A stretch of DNA of 63,157 nt, filler included, from Octopus bimaculoides (taxonomy: Eukaryota): NCBI RefSeq assembly GCF_001194135.2. It is 7 parts of 7 records of this genome, joined end to end, with 100 filler letters (N's around TTAATTAATTAA, not from the genome) between each part and the next. Parts side by side here need not be neighbours in the genome. Positions count along the whole stretch, not along the records: positions 59,012 to 63,157 come from NC_069010.1; 6 more parts are not named here. One strand, given 5' to 3'. A program made the position numbers and the translations under genes. The notes beneath the pieces are model-generated. The model was not told the origin of the DNA. It saw only the letters and a list, made by a program, of their open reading frames with translations, and did not search any database. This document shows, in pieces, positions 61,276 through 63,157 of this stretch; position 1 is the stretch's first letter, and each line of letters starts with the position of its first letter.

Positions 61276-61961
61276 GGTGGGTTGATATAAAAAGGGTTAA
61301 GACAAACATGATGGCAAGATCTAGAAGCTAAATCATATGACTACGCTAGTTCTGTTGAAATACAAGGCCTTTTTTCTGAATTCATTTTAAAAATAGTATA
61401 AAAAAAGTTCACATAATTGTTTACAAATATTTCTGTTGAAAATTTCAAGGGGGCAACCTGGCAGAAGTGTTAGCACACCAGGCAAAATGCTTCAACATTA
61501 AACCAAGGTTGATGNNNNNNNNNNNNNNNNNNNNNNNNNNNNNNNNNNNNNNNNNNNNNNNNNNNNNNNNNNNNNNNNNNNNNNNNNNNNNNNNNNNNNN
61601 NNNNNNNNNNNNNNNNNNNNNNNNNNNNNNNNNNNNNNNNNNNNNNNNNNNNNNNNNNNNNNNNNNNNNNNNNNNNNNNNNNNNNNNNNNNNNNNNNNNN
61701 NNNNNNNNNNNNNNNNNNNNNNNNNNNNNNNNNNNNNNNNNNNNNNNNNNNNNNNNNNNNNNNNNNNNNNNNNNNNNNNNNNNNNNNNNNNNNNNNNNNN
61801 NNNNNNNNNNNNNNNNNNNNNNNNNNNNNNNNNNNNNNNNNNNNNNNNNNNNNNNNNNNNNNNNNNNNNNNNNNNNNNNNNNNNNNNNNNNNNNNNNNNN
61901 NNNNNNNNNNNNNNNNNNNNNNNNNNNNNNNNNNNNNNNNNNNNNNNNNNNNNNNNNNNNA

Positions 61962-62055
61962 TTAACATAAATTATGTTTGGAACATAAATTGACATAAAT
62001 TATGTTTGGAACATAAATTAACATAAATTGTGTTTGGAACATAAATTAACATGAA
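61962..62055. repeat. 28-bp minisatellite, ~3.3 copies
   Basis: Unit TTAACATAAATTATGTTTGGAACATAAA. Confidence 0.85.
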
Positions 62056-62832
62056 ATTCTTATGGAAGGTTTTAATTTTGATCGTTTTAAAAGAGGAAGT
62101 TTGTAGTCATAGAACCAGGAGTCGTCCCAGGTTGGTTGGGATCAAAAAGGGTTAAATCAGAGAAATATACACAAATAATATGAACCAGAAACAATTTGTT
62201 GAGACACTCACACACACACACACACACACATCACCAGTGCTTTTTATGTGGAACCATCACCAGAAACACGTATAACATGTATAGCACTTACAAAGCCATC
62301 TGAACCACACACATACCCTCTGACCAAGCTCACGTACAACGCTCTTTGGTTCCAAGAGCCTCGCACATGTATCTGACTCAGACATACAGGTACAAAGCTC
62401 TTTGGAGGTAGACACAGGGCACACAAAGCTCTGAGCTGGACCCGAGGCTTTTTCAGCCACACACACACACAAAACATCTTGACTGAGAAGCACAGACACA
62501 CACAGAATTCTTCAAACCAGAAACATCAGTAGCACCACCACTACTTATTACTACTACTACTACTTACCGAGTACTCTTCATAGCTCCGTTTGTATTTGGA
62601 CACAGAATACAGACAGGTTTGACCCCTAGGGAACAAGGTCTACATAGCCAACTGCCTTCAGGTATTGCTTGTATACCATAACAGGCCTACAAGAAAACAT
62701 GGAAGTAACAATGAGATTAACAAGGGAAAAAGTGTAATATTTTCACACACACATCATCAAAATCCCTTTAGCATTTGAGAAAATTTATTATATGATTATA
62801 ATTTTGTTTTTTAATATTATCAATTCCTATGA

Positions 62833-63066
62833 GGGTGGCGAGCTGGCAGAATCGTTAGCACGCCGGGCAAAATGCTTAGCGGTATTTCGTCTGCTGTTAA
62901 GTTCTGAGTTCAAATTCCACCGAGGTCGACTTTGCCTTTCATCCTCTCGGGGTCGATAAATTAAGTACCAGTTACGCACTGGGGTCGATGTAATCGACTT
63001 AATCCCTTTGTCTGTCCTTGTTTGTCCCCTCTATGTTTAGCCCCTTCTGGGCAATAAAGAAATAAG
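62833..63066 (+). mobile_element. full-length SINE family A
   Basis: Matches 51926-52159; further copies at ~33060-33225(-), 39930-40110, 40746-40960, 41325-41533(-), 45980-46200, 52640-52862(-) and 61445-61514. Confidence 0.85.
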
Positions 63067-63157
63067 AGGCAACAGAAGAGCATAACTGAGCCAATGGTGC
63101 TTTTTAGAGTGATACTGAGTGGAGGAATCCCAGAAGATCAATGGTCAAGACCCTTGT

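Overview
Animal (non-microbial) genomic scaffold. It is AT-rich, saturated with repeats and has many N gaps, including six artificial 44N-TTAATTAATTAA-44N joins. The repeat content and protein similarity suggest a mollusc, probably an octopus (inference). I can support two host genes, both on the minus strand. The first is a complete six-exon Y-box/cold-shock-domain gene (CDS 12542 to 7610, 323 aa, one GC-AG intron) sitting in an ~8 kb transposon-free island. The second is two internal exons of a JADE/rhinoceros-family PHD-finger gene (60908-60803 and 59768-59595). The rest is decayed mobile DNA: CR1-like, RTE, L1/Tx1, RLE-type and Penelope-like retroelements, three tRNA-derived SINE families, a DD37D maT transposon, a hAT transposase relic, several MITEs and microsatellites. 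The most interesting signals are non-coding. They include several minimal type I hammerhead ribozyme motifs (an intact pair on the arms of a 190-bp inverted repeat, a third near a Penelope-type relic, and a decayed one in a tRNA-headed element). They also include two candidate microexons (26 + 13 nt) in Y-box intron 2 that frameshift singly but restore frame together. All family names come from recognising motifs by eye; no database search was run.
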